A stretch of DNA of 64,000 bases from positions 124,001 through 188,000 of the forward strand of contig CAJNYD010000025.1 of assembly GCA_905331295.1 (NCBI GenBank). The letters run 5' to 3'. The translations under genes and the position numbers were made by a program. The notes beneath the pieces were generated by a model, which was not told the DNA's origin, did not search any database, and saw nothing but the letters and a program-made list of their open reading frames with translations. Source of the DNA: Rotaria socialis. Its lineage: Eukaryota. Positions 26,251 to 40,119 of this stretch are shown piece by piece. Positions within the stretch are counted from its first letter, which is position 1. The number at the start of each line of letters is the position of its first letter.

Positions 26251-29200
26251 AAACTTATTATGTTTAGATGCTACATAACCAATGACTTACGGACTTCTAG
26301 TATTTTTTGAAAAAAATATTAATGATTTCTTAAAGTACGTCAACGAAAAAGCTGAATCTATTTTTTATTTTATCGACTACCTAATAAAACATTCTTATTT
26401 TCATCGTCGAAACAATAGTACATCATTGAGAATTGCTTAAAACTACTTTTTAAAAAATTCTGATAGATACTGTCGTTCTAGTTTAAAGTTTACTTGAACA
26501 ACAATCAGAAAATGTTGGATTGAACCGATAGTATAGTCTCATTTCAATATTAGATAAAAATGTTACTCAAACTCACATCAATTTTGAGTTTTTACAGTTT
26601 GAGAGAAGATCTATGATGGGAAATGCTGAAATATGAAGCTTAGCTCGAGCAGTATGAAACTGAGAAAAGAATATGTCAGAATATGATCTATGAGAATAAT
26701 CTTAAGAAAGTTCATCGATAGATACTTATCTTGATAATGGCATATGTATGCTGTCGAGCAGTTTTAAGCTATTAGATTTTCTTATTCATGAATTTTTGTA
26801 ATCTATTTAGTCGAAGAATCATAAGAAGTTTGAATAGGAGATGAAATTATTTTCTTTAGATATTATAGAATATTATTTGGTCAGAATAGATAATTGTTGG
26901 CTTTTTAGAAACGAGAAACCTATAGGTTCTAACTTGACCGATAAATTTATTTTGCCTTATTTTCAATGTTTTGATAATATGTCATATTGATAGAATCTTT
27001 GTTTCTATTAACTTGTTTGTGTGAAAACTTTTGTTTTGATTTTTCTTATGTGCATTATCGAGAAATCTTATTATAATCATTGACAATGATGATGAGATAC
27101 AGTCGAAACCTAGGTTTTTAGAATGTTATTTTTTAAAGAAATCGATAGCAATTGAATAAAAAACAAATGAAAAAATATATCGAAGAATATTCGCATACGT
27201 TCTCTACTTTTTCACTGACGAGAATATTTTGACGGTTCACAAGCGGTGCAACGTTATAATCTTATATATTGTCGTGATCACATACTGAAAAATATGGAAG
27301 AAAACAAAGAAACCATACGAATTAACTGTGTATATCGCACTATTTCTCCTAAAAGAATCATTTATTATCATGCTTGTTTGATTTGGATATAGCAAATTAT
27401 TATCACTCTATAAAATATTTTACTAGTTCGAAGAGATTCAAGTGTTTTATCATAAGAACGATAGATATAAGCAATTATTAAACTTGATGTCTACTTGCTA
27501 CCAAATAGTGCTGTAATGTTTTAGATAAATGCAATGAAGATATTACAGAGATGTGAAAGCCGTGTTTTTTTTAAAACTCATTTCAAGTGATAAATCAACC
27601 AAAACATTTTATTTGGCTAAGTCAGAGACTAGTCATAGATCATCTGAAAAACTTTCAACTCAAGTTACAACAAATCAAAAATGATTTGATTTATCCATCC
27701 ATGTGATATTCAGTGTAAACAGATTGCTATTTTATTTTTTGATAAATACTGTCTATGTATAAATGTATAACAAGTGTGATATACCGATACAAAAAATATC
27801 AAGGTGCTTGGCAAAAATATAAATATTATCTATTTGCCAGTAATAGATTCAACTGGCACTGATGTCATTTTACAATAGTCTGATTTCTAGATATTTTGAT
27901 ATCGATTTCATTTTATTTTCAAGACTGTTTGAAATTCTTTTTAGTCGATAAAAAAATATTGAGCTATCAAACTAAATTAATTAAATTTTAAAATGTATCC
28001 TTCAATTTTCATCAATGACAAACATTTAAAAGAATTTGGGAAACTAGAAAAAATAAGTTTAAAATCAAATAATCAGCAGCGAACAAATATTATAAATTCA
28101 ATCGATTTCAAATAGATTTATGCTGGTGTTTTACATGAATGCCTGTTTTGAAATAATAGGAACAAAATGTAGAAATTAAACATCTAGAAGCAAGCCATCC
28201 TTCAACAAAAATTGCTTTACTCTGATTATAATTATATGAAAACTAGTCTAAAAATAAATATCAAGGTACTTTCTACGAAATAGCTCATTATGATCAGTAC
28301 TATGTTAAAATGACTGGTCATCAACGATGTATGGTTCTTGTATTGATATATCTTTTTGAATTTTGTTTTATGTATGTTTCGTTGAAAGTTCTTCAATGAT
28401 ATTTTTCAGTGATAAGTCTCTTTTTTACTTTTATTCACATCTAATGAAAATTCTGCAAATGATTGAACACATTGTTTTCATTATATAGACGAATAAAATC
28501 CTTCTTCGTTATATTTAGAAGCTTTATCGATTTGATTTTCTATTAAAAGTTGTTTTTCATAAACGAGTCTCACGTGCTCTAAATGGAAAAAGTTTCAGCC
28601 TTCAACAGCAAACTAATATAGTTGATATCAGCTGGTTAACGTAAAAAAAAATAATTAAAGTGATGTAACAGCAGTATTGACAAGTATTAATCAATTCGAT
28701 TCATTCTTGTTCGATACTTTTTCTCTATTACATTTAAGCCTCATCTCGTGGAAACTTGATTCAAATCTTGTGTCTCTACTGGACGATTCTTTCAATCAGC
28801 AAGAAAAAAGATATCCCTGTCGTAATCAATATCCTATATCTACCAATTGAAAAAGACAAGTAAACAGTATTTATAATGCATGGAAAAACGAATGAATAAA
28901 TGCATTTTATGAAAGTCATTTAGAGCGAGCTTATTTCAGTAGGTTAAGTGGAAATAGATTTAACACAATAAGAAAGCAAATACATGTAACAAGGAAATTT
29001 GATATATATATGAAGTTCAAGATTTTTTTATATATTTTTTTTCTTTTTCATTCGAGTTCATTGAATACGAGAAAAGCGGATCTTGGTGAATCTTTATGAA
29101 TGCTAGAATCCATTACATTGTATAGAGTTCATGTAGATTCATCAGAATCTATTAGGCCCGATTAGAATAAGACGTGAAAAGCTCATAAGGGCATTCCAAG

Positions 29201-29303
29201 TCATTTATTCAAATATCTTAATTTACAAATGAAACAGAATATATTTATTTATTTTTTGTCTTGTTTTGTTTTTATGAAAATCAATCAAAATAAATTAATA
29301 ATA

Positions 29304-29375
29304 GGGCTAGTGGTCTAGTGGTATGATTCTCGCTTAGGGTGCGAGAGGCCCGGAGTTCAATTCTCCGCTAGCCCC
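29304..29375 (+). tRNA. tRNA-Pro (anticodon AGG)
   Basis: Acceptor GGGCTAG/CTAGCCC, anticodon arm CTCGC-TTAGGGT-GCGAG, T arm CGGAG-TTCAATT-CTCCG, downstream poly-T Pol III terminator. Confidence 0.97.
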
Positions 29376-31973
29376 CATTCGTGTTTTTTTATGAAATTCT
29401 GCATTCTTTGACGATGAAGAATTTCGGTGATCACAAATCGTCAGAGTTGATTTTTAAAGCAATCAGCCATATAAAAATCAATTGAAATTTTCGAAGTAGA
29501 ATTTCTTCTACTATTTTCCCCATCGTTTTAAACTAATAATCCTCAATTCTTATTACTTCTTGCACCAATAAGGTATAGTATATTCAATCTAAAAAACGAT
29601 GACTTTTAAATGTCAATAATTATACATAATACAAATATAAGCAAAATGTAAAAACGCTCCATAATGAATTTCTTCAAAAGTCTCGTTTTTTTCATACTTG
29701 AGTTTTACAAGTTGAGTTCAACAAAAGAAATACTATAAGTTTTAAAGTAAAAAATATATATTCATGTTAACTGAAGTCATCTTCACTATCGTCAGTAAAC
29801 AAAAAAATTTTTCTCAAAAATTAATCAGCTAATTTACTTGAAGGCATAACATTTTCCTTTATGTCTTTGAAATCTATTCAATTATCTAGAACATTTCAAA
29901 ATTCTGCCATTATTATCGTGCACTGTTAAATTTAAAAACAAATACTTTCTATTCATTTTTTTTGTTCCCTTCATGATTCATTACCTGATTCGTGTGCTAA
30001 CCGGTCATTCGTAAGATATCTAACGATTACATTTTTGTTATATTATTGTGGCTACTGTACTGCATCAAATGCTTGTTGATTAGGTAGATAGTAGTAAATT
30101 GAAGTCTACATGAGACTGAACTTGTTTTAGAAAAATAAAAAATAAATATTAGAATATAGAAATATCCTTAAAGAAAAGATTATTACATGATTGAATGCTT
30201 AAATTCACCTATCTTAAATAGGCTGCTTGATTGGATCACAATAACTTTCACCGCTATTATATCGTCTAGGTAAATCAATTAAAAACCAGATACCATAGAG
30301 GCAATGTCGTAGGATTTGTATGAAGTTTGCAAGACGTATTTCTGATCATCCAATCGTAATTTTTTCTTATGCTACAATACATGAAATTTCTTTCTTTAAA
30401 GTAAAAGTTGATTGTAAATCATTGTCATATTGAAGACTGCAAAAATTGCACCTGTTAATCTCATAATAGAATTTATTCTCTTATTATTCGTTTTTCATAT
30501 TTCGAATTGATTCTACATGTTGTGTTCATTGAAAAATATTTATTTATACATTCACAAGTGTAACTACGGGTAAACATCATAACAGCTTCGTTTTTATTAT
30601 TATCCATGAAATAAAAGAAAGATCACTAGGTTAATTATATTGAATACTAATTTTAAATAGCTTCTACTGAAATGAAGTATGATTTCCTATTCAAAACAAA
30701 GTATTTTGCTCAATCTCATGAATCCATACGGAGTCATCGAACACATTTATTCACATAATGAATTAACACATAGAATTTTTTTCCGTAGAAATAATTACAA
30801 AACCTTTCATGTATTTTATTTAACAAAAATCAAAAACAATCCAATACATAATTTTTACAATTTGAAAAATATTGAGACACCTAAAACAAAGAATTATAAT
30901 AGCATTTCCCAAATTTATTGCTCATATTAATATTATCTTCCTTCTGAAATTATATCATTAATATAATCACTTGAATATTTATCATCATATAGTTGTCCGT
31001 ATTATGAAATAAATTGAATCGTATTAGTATCTTTCACACCGACATAAATGTCTATTTTCATAATTCATTCTCTTTCGACTTGGTTCTTGTTATGGAAATC
31101 CATTACTTCAACCACTTTTCCTCTACGTATCACCATTAAAATTAGGTTTTGCTTTGTGAAATAATAAGAGTAAAAATCCATGTTTAGTAAATATAAAATC
31201 GTTTGAAGCTAACATAATCATAAAATTTCATATTTTATCATCGGGATATTAATGATCATTCAAAGAGCAAGTTCAAGTAGTTTGACACAATTGATAGACA
31301 ATGTCAAATAAATTAGTCATCGTTGTTTTACCTATATACTACAACTATTGTGATGCCGACGAAGTTCGTGTTCATGTCAACAAAGCAGGACTGTGATATG
31401 GATAAAAACAAAGTCAGCACATGACACAGTCCCTTTGATGACACAAAGTGTTTGTAATGTCGATTAAAATGATTTCCATTCCACCAAAGCTGGCTGTGAT
31501 ATGATTTCATTATTTTATACACATAATCATAACCAATTGGCGGAAAAGTTTTCATTCGAACAATCAAATTTCGAGTATTTTCTAGACAATCTATTTTTGG
31601 TCTCAAGTGTAGATCGAAGAAGACATTCTTTGGAAAGACAGACTAGTAAGGTGACAAATCAAGAATCAACATCTCACTACCCATGTCTTTCATAGAAGAT
31701 CTTTTCAATATAAATCGATTTACCTTATCTTGTTGTTTCGTTACGATCGAATTTTGCATGACCTTACCCGCTGGTTAACGTTCGGACAATGTCTGACATG
31801 CATCTTCTTTATATAGGCATAGCGTAGAAAAAAAAAGAAGGAAATGAATGCGGACGGCAGAAAAAATATATCCGACGGCCATTGTTCTTGCTTGACCTCG
31901 TCGTCTCCTCTTTTCTATCAGCCAATTGGCTCGATGCCCATAAATGTAAATTTTTCTTTCTTACTTGGCGACT

Positions 31974-32094
31974 CTCCAACTTCCTTCGGTTTTCTCCTAT
32001 CGCTATTTTCGTTTTTTTGGTGTATGTTAGTAANCTCCAACTTCCTTCGTTTTTCTCCTATCGATATTTTCTTTTTTTTGGTGTATGTTAGTAA
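31974..32094. repeat. 60-bp tandem duplication separated by one N (likely assembly overlap)
   Basis: 31974-32033 and 32035-32094 differ at about 3 positions, with an N at 32034. Confidence 0.8.
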
Positions 32095-35000
32095 CCGACG
32101 GGTATGTATGTCAAAATTTGACATCGATGGGAGGAATGGTGGCGCCCGTCGACGGTCACATGAGAAAGAAAAATAATTAGAATTGAATGGATGTGTTCGA
32201 TGGACATGTTATACGATTAGAGACAACAAGCGAGGGAAAAGCACATGGCAAATATTTGTTTCGACCGAAACGAGAAAAAAAATGAAATGAGAGAAATAGG
32301 CATAACTGCTAGCGACATCGCATCCGGCTGTTAGATATTACATTCAGATGAGATATATAAATATAGCATACTTAAATCGATTAGCAATTAAATGAAATTT
32401 TCAAGAAAGACGATTTCTTTTGCTTTCTAAAATACTCGACGAGGCGAATCAATTTTCATGCTTAACAGTTAATTCTTTTTCGTTCAGTCATTAATATATT
32501 GAATGGAGAATCAATACACTGGCTACAAAACAAGTCAGTGATAGAAGTCAATTGAAAGTCACGTTTCTTTCTAGTCACTTTAATAGAAGACAGATCTTAA
32601 ACATTATTGTCACTTTAATATGTACCATTTAATTAATAATCATATATGTATCACATAAAATGGTCTTGATGAATGCAAGTGATGAAAGTAAACCGAAAGA
32701 ATGGTCGCAAAAGTTGTAGATTCACTATTAAAATTGTTATTGGAAGTATTGAAACGTATTCATTTGTATAATCATGACATTAATAATTTTCATTGTTCCA
32801 ATTGAAATAGGTGTATCTTACGTTAGAAAAATGAATCATTTTTTAGTGATAGTAATAAGTAATATGTAGACTTGACTAAGAGACTGTATATTTTCATAAT
32901 CATTCATAGATTAGATTTTCACTGATAGAACGTAGTGTGCTTTTTTTATCGAACAAATTACACAATCTTTTCAAAGAGTACTTTATTTTTCGAGCTATCC
33001 GTTGTTTTAATACGCATTCATTAAGAAACAGATTCAATATAAAACAGAAAACGAATAGTAGGATAACATTACTGATAAGATCAACTATTAATACTGTTTA
33101 TGTGTTATGTTTTTGTTTTTTTTTCTAATAGCATACGTTCTTGTTAATTTTGTATTATAAATTCTTATTACAGTATCGAAACATTTTTCAATGAAATGAT
33201 AGTTTTGTTTTTTAAATAATTTACATCCTTTGGAAAATAGTTCATATTGAAATATGTGAAGAAATACTGTATAAATAGGCAAAAAAATCAATATAAAGAA
33301 TCATTTTGACTTTATTTCATATTTGTTGTTGGTTAGAACATTAGCTAATCTCTAAATGTTCATATTTTTTTTTCTGAAGATTTAAAATATCATTATATTA
33401 CTTTGATGAAATTGAAATGTAACTTTTTAAAAACTTCTTTAAAAAGAAATAGTTGAATTATTATCGGTAAACATTAATTTATTACATGTACTTTTATTAT
33501 TCAAAGCTCATAATCATATGATGATAGATACAATATCATCATAGTAACATAGTAAAATATGAAATTGGCAATCGAATACATCATTTTAATAATTATTTTC
33601 AAAGATCACATAATATCAAAGAAATTTACTGACTAAAGATCATCTATTTACTTATATGTATTCATCAAATTATTGTAGACATCCAAGATAACATTTTTCA
33701 TCGGCCAGAAGAAAGTAAAAAAAATGTAAGCCTCTGATTTAGCTTATATTGTATTATTGTGTCATGAGTAATATATAATTCCATAAGTACCTTGACACAC
33801 TAGACAACTGTAGATGTAATTTGATTCTTTCCTTGTTATTTTATTTGTTACATCCTTTATCGAATGCTTCCATTTTGATGGGGGTCATTTGAAAGCAATG
33901 ACGGGTGGATATGGATGAGCGAATTTGATGTCTTGCGCAAGGAATCAATGTTCCCAAAAGTTAAAACTAATTAAGAAAACTATTACAAATGATCTATTGT
34001 CATCTTAAACCGAAACCTTTTAGTTATCAAGATGAGAAATAATGTATCGTTGTATGAAAAAAACTGTGCCGGGACTGTAGTTTTTGTAAATTCAATTTCG
34101 GTTTCAACTACGACAAAATTATTATGTGGTTTCACAGTATTTTGTAGATTTCTACAACCAACTATTTGAAATTGTTGATTGATGATAATGAAACTGGCGA
34201 TGAACATGGATAGCTAGGCAACAACATTTTTCTGAGCATAAAGAGTATTTAACAAATTAACGAAGATGTTTTTGTCTGTTTCATTCCAGAAATCATTTAA
34301 TCATTAATAAAATAACATTCTTTTTTTCAAAAAAGAAAATAGTGACAACCTTTTAAATCTTTGAAAAATTGCCTTTTCTCTTTACATCGGCCTATTTTAA
34401 TCCAGGAACATTCATCGAAATGTTGACTCCGTCCACTTCGGCCCATATTTTTTTCATTCTAAAACGTTTTGAGTCATAGAGGAGTCGCGCTTTCTTTTAT
34501 GCTATTTTTAATCGAAGTAATTTATTGATGTTCACAGTAATTACATACGTAATGGGCTAACTAGTGTAATGCTACGCTGCACTAAACCTAACCACTGGTT
34601 AGAAAAGAAAAAGTAACTTCTTTAGGCTGATCAGATCAACGAAACATAAGACATTCGATTCTTCCCTTTTCTTCCTAACAGTTGAGTCGCTTTTTCTCTT
34701 ATTTAATAAGATTAGACGTTTCAGATTAACTGAATATCTCATCATCACATATAAAACTCTAAATTTCTGCTATTGAAGGCATAGATGGACTATTATATTC
34801 TAAATTTAAGGTATTTAAAGTATTCACTGTTGACAGTTTCAATAAAACTTCTATTCTTTCTTTTCTTGCAATTATTGAATAGAACTACTCGAGTTGTATT
34901 AGAAAATATCTTCTAAAATTCAAGAAGGAAGCGTCAACAAAAACCCTAAGATAACGTACATCCAAAAATAGAGGAGATACATCCTAGTTTTTGATTTTTA

Positions 35001-35718
35001 TGAACCGTGTCATTTCTAGTTTTGAAAACAGACTTATTAGGCAACTCAATGATCTATGTGTGATCACCACAAGAAAACAGAATTGCGCTGAAATTATACA
35101 ATTAATACATCTTGCTTACGTGACAGATACTTAAAAACTGAGTGCAAGAATAAACGAGGGTGTGCTAGGAAGTAGCTGTGAATGAAATGAAGTTCACTCA
35201 CTGAACTTCTACCCTTAGGAAATATTGTTGCCGTTTATGGTGAGTTATTAATCTAAGCGCAAACATCGTCAACAGTGAAGTCTAGGTTCGTTTCTTATAT
35301 GATTACAATGATTTAAACTACCAAATCTGAGAGAATACTCTACCAAGATCAATTTGATGAAAACAAGAAAAACTGGTACGAAATAAAATGTTGAATTGAG
35401 CAACTTTTGTTTAACAGTGGATATGATCTCAAAGGAATGATTTTTATAGTGGATGTTGGAATTTTTGAACATACGTTTTTTCACTAGACAAGTGAGCCAC
35501 CGTTTTTGAAATCTTTAAAGAAAAATACATTTGCATTCGATCTGCATGAAGAAGAAAAGCTATATCATTTCAGACGATCTTCTATAAAATTGTCAGATTT
35601 GAGTTCAAGCAATGTCCTGAGAATAGATGACTTTGTTTTTCTCTTGATTTTCGTAGTGGTGCAGCAGTTCAACTTAGCTCTTAGTCAATCAAATATTCAC
35701 AAAATCACACGCTCAGTA

Positions 35719-36192
35719 CCCATGTTGCGAATACCGGATCAATTTTTGCGGTAAACCGCGGTATTTATCCATTCTGCGGTAATGGGAGCCGGTAACCGGA
35801 CCGGTAAAACCGCGGTAAACCGGCGGTTTTTTGCGAATGTTTATCACATGTAAAAGTAAAAAAAAGGATCTTTAAAATAGTTTAATTGATGATTTAGAAG
35901 ACTTTTTCTGTCAAAAATTATAGATGAACCGGTTAACCCAAGGGGGAAAAAGCTGATTTAACTCAGCTAAAAATCAAAATTAAATCAAATAAATCACCTT
36001 AAATCACAAAATCATAAATCACCTTTTCCCCCCTTGGGTTAACCGGTTTTTTTAGCGGTAACCGCGGTAAATGCCAGTTCATTTTTTGTGGTAAACCGCG
36101 GTATTTATCCGTTCTGCGGTAATGAGAGCCGGTAACCGGACCGGTAAAACCGCGGTTAACCACCGATTTTCATGCGGTTTTTATTACATGGG
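35719..36192. mobile_element. CCC-ended MITE with TA TSD and internal direct repeats
   Basis: ta|CCCATG...CATGGG|ta; duplicated ~65-bp GGTAAACCGCGGTATTTATCC...GGTAAAACCGCGGT blocks. Confidence 0.8.
35937..36038. mobile_element. 102-bp piggyBac-like mini-element nested in the MITE
   Basis: TTAA|CCCAAGGGGGGAAAAG...CTTTTCCCCCCTTGGG|TTAA. Confidence 0.6.
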
Positions 36193-36679
36193 TACACTTT
36201 AAATTATTTTATATTAACAATTTTTACATAGAAAAAAACATTAAGCAAACATTGAGAATGATTATTTATCAAATATTCAGTAGCTAACAAAATAGTGAAG
36301 TAAACAAGTAAAAAGCATATCATGATGGGAATATTAGAGTCATAAGAAATATGATTAATACAAGAGTCAATAGTAAAGCAAAGGTAAACTCATCATTTTC
36401 TTCAAGAATCATTCATTGTTGCTTCACATTTAATACAAGATAAATCAGATTGATCAGCAATAAAGCGAGTTTCATTGTGAAATATTTTGTTTTATTTTTG
36501 AGAATCTATTCAATTAAAAAAATGAGAAATATTTCAAAATTACATCAAATATTGTTACCGATCAAAAAATATGGCCGAGAGTATGATTATCTGTCACATA
36601 TTTCATTTTCTTTGAATAACATATTTTTTGAATCAAATTTTGATACAAACAAAAAAGAAAAACAGTCTTATTCACTGAA

Positions 36680-37900
36680 TCATTTATCAAAAATTGCTTG
36701 AATCCATTTATTAATATTATGAAGTGTATTTCGTGCATCAGGATAATAAGGAAAAAATATTGGATAAGCATGCATCAAATGTAAGCCTTCTTCAAATGTA
36801 ACAGCTACGCTAGCCCCCTCTGCCTTTTTTGCAACTCGTCTGGAATCATCTTCCAATATCTCAGCTGTACCAAAATTGATATATATGGCTGAAAATCCTT
36901 CAAATGAACCAAGCAAAGGACTAACACTAGGATTACCTGCAGATAATTGAGAAGTATTAGGACCTAGCATTAGTTTAGAGAATACATCCTATTCCGCAAT
37001 GTTGAACATTCCGGAACCAGTTCCGCTCACGGAACCAGTTCCGCTCACGGAACCAGTTCCGCTCACGGAACCAATTCCATCTAATTCCCCGCAATTCCGT
37101 TTATCCCTTCCGATTCAATTCCGGAATTCCGGGAGTCACTGCCGACCAATTCCATCTAATTCCTGGAGTTCAGTTTATCCCTTCCGATTCAATTCCGGAA
37201 TTCAAACGAATTCCGCCTAATTCCCAACGGTTCCGAAATTCAGTGCACTTACACTAACATCCACACCCACACTTATGGCAACACCCACGCTGACACCCAC
37301 ACTTACCGCAACACCCACACCATGCAATTCCGGTACGGAATTCCGGGAATTAGGTCAAACAGGAATTGAACGGAATTACACGGAATTCCGTCTAATTCCC
37401 AGCGATTCCGTATTTACCTAATTCCGGACCGGAATGGGATCATCACGAAATGGTTAAAACAAGCTAGAATAGTGATACAAGTTGTAATTCTGGAATTACT
37501 AGCAATTCCGTGTAATTCCTAGGAATTCCGGGAATCGGACAGTTTTCATATTTGACCTAATTCCGGAATCGACGGAACTGATTCCGGGGGCGGAACTGAC
37601 TCCGGAATGTTCAACATTGCGGAATAGGATGACTGCTCACCTGATCCGGAAAGATCTGCCCATGGTGATAGAACAATAACACCACGGGGAACATATAATT
37701 GACGTGTAATTAAAGTTTGAATGGTTAGTAGTGAAAGACCACCACCTCCTGAATCTCTCATAATAAGTATTTGCGATGGTGAAATATTATTGCGAAGAAG
37801 TGCATGATATAGTGCAACTGTGTCGTCTACACTTGCAAGTAATGGATGTTCAGGACAAAGTCGATATTCCAAATGAAGTATAGTTACATTAAAAAGGTAT
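36680..37900 (-). pseudogene. Alpha/beta hydrolase (HSL/Abhydrolase_3, GDXG-type esterase), 5'-truncated and MITE-interrupted
   Basis: EYRLCPEHP, MRDSGGG (GDSxGG nucleophile elbow with G>R), LSPWADL, SPL, GTAEILEDD, MHAY catalytic His; no HGGG region visible upstream. Confidence 0.8.
36988..37628. mobile_element. MITE with 28-bp TIR inserted in the esterase
   Basis: at|CCTATTCCGCAATGTTGAACATTCCGGA...TCCGGAATGTTCAACATTGCGGAATAGG|at; 18-bp tandem CGGAACCAGTTCCGCTCA x3; AATTCCG motif arrays. Confidence 0.85.
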
Positions 37901-37904
37901 GGAT

Positions 37905-38920
37905 TTAGATGATCAGTAAAATAGATGGCATGATCAGTAAGAAAAAATATTATAAAATCTATTGATTGAATGAATGATCAGTTATATATTAAAGTATCAG
38001 TAAACTAGTTAAATGATCAGTTGTTAAACTAAAAGTTATGTAATAAAATTGTAGTATCAGTCAATAAAATAGAGTAACAGTTAGTTAAAGCAAACAATAA
38101 GTAAAGAAGCCAAAAAGTATAGTCTCCAGAAGTTTGCTAAAATGACTCTCGCCAATACTGGCGAAAATGTACCACATTTTCAACTATTAGAGCAAACGAT
38201 ATTGATATATGCTACGGACTCTTCACAAATCCCATACAGTTGATCTTATGTTCTTGCCAACTTGACGAACCTACAGCAACTTTTGATCCAAAGCTGAATG
38301 ATTCAAAGCCTGTTGTTACTATAGTGAATTGCTCAAGTTGACTGTCGTGAATATTGGTGAAAATCGAGTATCCCAAAAAATACATCAGAAGGGATTTATG
38401 GTGGGCTATGACTTTGGCTGAATTTGATGAAATGAATCTAGTGGACACAAACAGCCACAGTCCCCACTCACTCACCATCATATCACGCCTACACCCACCA
38501 TCGCGATGGGTATTTGTTTAAAAATTTGTAAACAACCATCGGTAGCAAAAACTGCCTCTATTGTTATGAAAAGAAAAAGAAGTCGACCAGAAAAAGGAAA
38601 ACGTACTTTGCTAATGCAATAATTTATTTCTGATTTTTCCCATTTCAATTTTTTTCTTTTATTCGATACTATATTTTATGGATATTTTTCATCTTTTCTA
38701 CTGGTAAATCTGTCTTATTTACTTATCAAATTTCTTTTTTTTACTGGTAAAAATGATATCTTTTTACTGCTGTTTTATATAACATAAACTGATCACTTTC
38801 TCATTATTTACAGGAAATCTAATTACTAATCAATTAATTGTTAAACTGATCATTCAATCTTTTAACTGATCATTTATAGACTATTTTACTCCTCATTTCA
38901 TCTATTTTACAAATCAAATA
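37905..38920. mobile_element. Possible old foldback-type element with inverted TGATCAGT motif arrays
   Basis: TGATCAGT(T/A) repeats at 37909-38022 mirror AACTGATCA repeats at 38787-38872; GTAAAATAGATG is mirrored by CATCTATTTTAC. Confidence 0.4.
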
Positions 38921-39393
38921 TTTTGTTCCCATTAAATAATAACAAACTTATATATTCATTAATTGTCTTTTGCTTTAGATTATTATAGGNTGTAAAAAGT
39001 TATTGATATATTAATGAATAGAATTGCATCAATCCAAGATTGGACTAGTCCAAACTCGGATCTTAGAATGGCCTAGATCAATCCGGGATTGGCCTGAATC
39101 CGAGATTGGCCTACGACATATATATATATACGTATATATTAGTAAGGGGATGGATTTAGATAAGAGGATAGATTAAAGTTAAGGAGTTAATTAAAGTTAG
39201 AGGAATAGATTAAGGGTAAGTGATAGATATAGATAAACTAATAGGTTAAGGTTAAGGTTAAGAGTATATATATATGTATAAGTGATAATTTAGGGGATAG
39301 ATGCGTAGGACCACAGAAATACAATTATGGTGATTAGGATATAGATTTAATATGATTCTACAGATTTTCTCATGTAGTCAATTTTATGAAATA

Positions 39394-39498
39394 CCCCTGT
39401 CGAAGAAAACGATCAGTAAACGGTCGTATACGATGCAAAAACGACCGTTTACGGTAATGTTACGCCGGTTTACGGTGGTCCGTTTTGATCGACTTGGG
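39394..39498. mobile_element. Short CCC-ended MITE, TA TSD
   Basis: ta|CCCCTGTCGA...TCGACTTGGG|ta; right end GTCCGTTTTGATC(G/A)AC(T/C)TGGG is shared with the 56830 element. Confidence 0.7.
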
Positions 39499-39823
39499 TA
39501 TCGTTTTATAAATAGAATAAAAAATTAGTCTGAAAAATTACAAGATCGAATACATCTTCATTTAAATAAGGATGAAAAACAAGAGATAATACCAATTTAG
39601 CAATCATCACCTACTCGAGCTGTAAATACATCAAACAAAAAAGTTCGTTTTTTTTTCTTTATTAAATTTCTCTTTTTCCAGTTTTTAGAGAACTCCATCA
39701 CTACCATAATTAATTAAACATACTTGATCATAATGGTAATGCATTAAGTTTACATGTATCACATATTCCATTTACATGGTCAAAAAAAAGTAGCTGCAGT
39801 TTTTCGACTTTATATTTAATTTA

Positions 39824-40001
39824 CAGTGGCGAATCTACCAGTTAGACTATCCGGCGATCGCCACCCCCCTTAAGAAGTTTTTTTCGATTTTTCCCCAGCA
39901 GAAATGAAACAGAAAATAGTCGTTCTGCCTTAACTAGACTTGAAAAACCGTTTTCTGACCAGGAGTGCCACCCCCTAACAGATTTTCTGGGTCCGCCACT
40001 G
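39824..40001. mobile_element. hAT-type MITE (178 bp)
   Basis: CAGTGGCG...CGCCACTG termini with perfect 8-bp TSD TTAATTTA. Confidence 0.85.
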
Positions 40002-40119
40002 TTAATTTATACTTTAAAATTGTATCGTTTATTCATTAATAGATAACTAGTCATTTATGACAAGGTAATATTTAATTAATAATTGATCATAAAATTGATT
40101 TTCTTTTATTTTATATAGA

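Noticed and set aside
31760..31810. Possible first exon on the minus strand with a GTAAGG donor, and CCAAT-like sites upstream
   Set aside because: No downstream exons could be linked.
31974..32094. 60-bp direct repeat resembling a repeat array or CRISPR
   Set aside because: Only two copies, abutting an N with no spacer; most likely an unmerged contig or allele overlap.
36999..37220. ORF with PVPLTE repeats
   Set aside because: Translation of 18-bp tandem repeats inside a MITE.
39170..39265. GGTTAA repeats resembling telomeric repeats
   Set aside because: Only about 3 clean units in degenerate low-complexity sequence next to a probable TE end.
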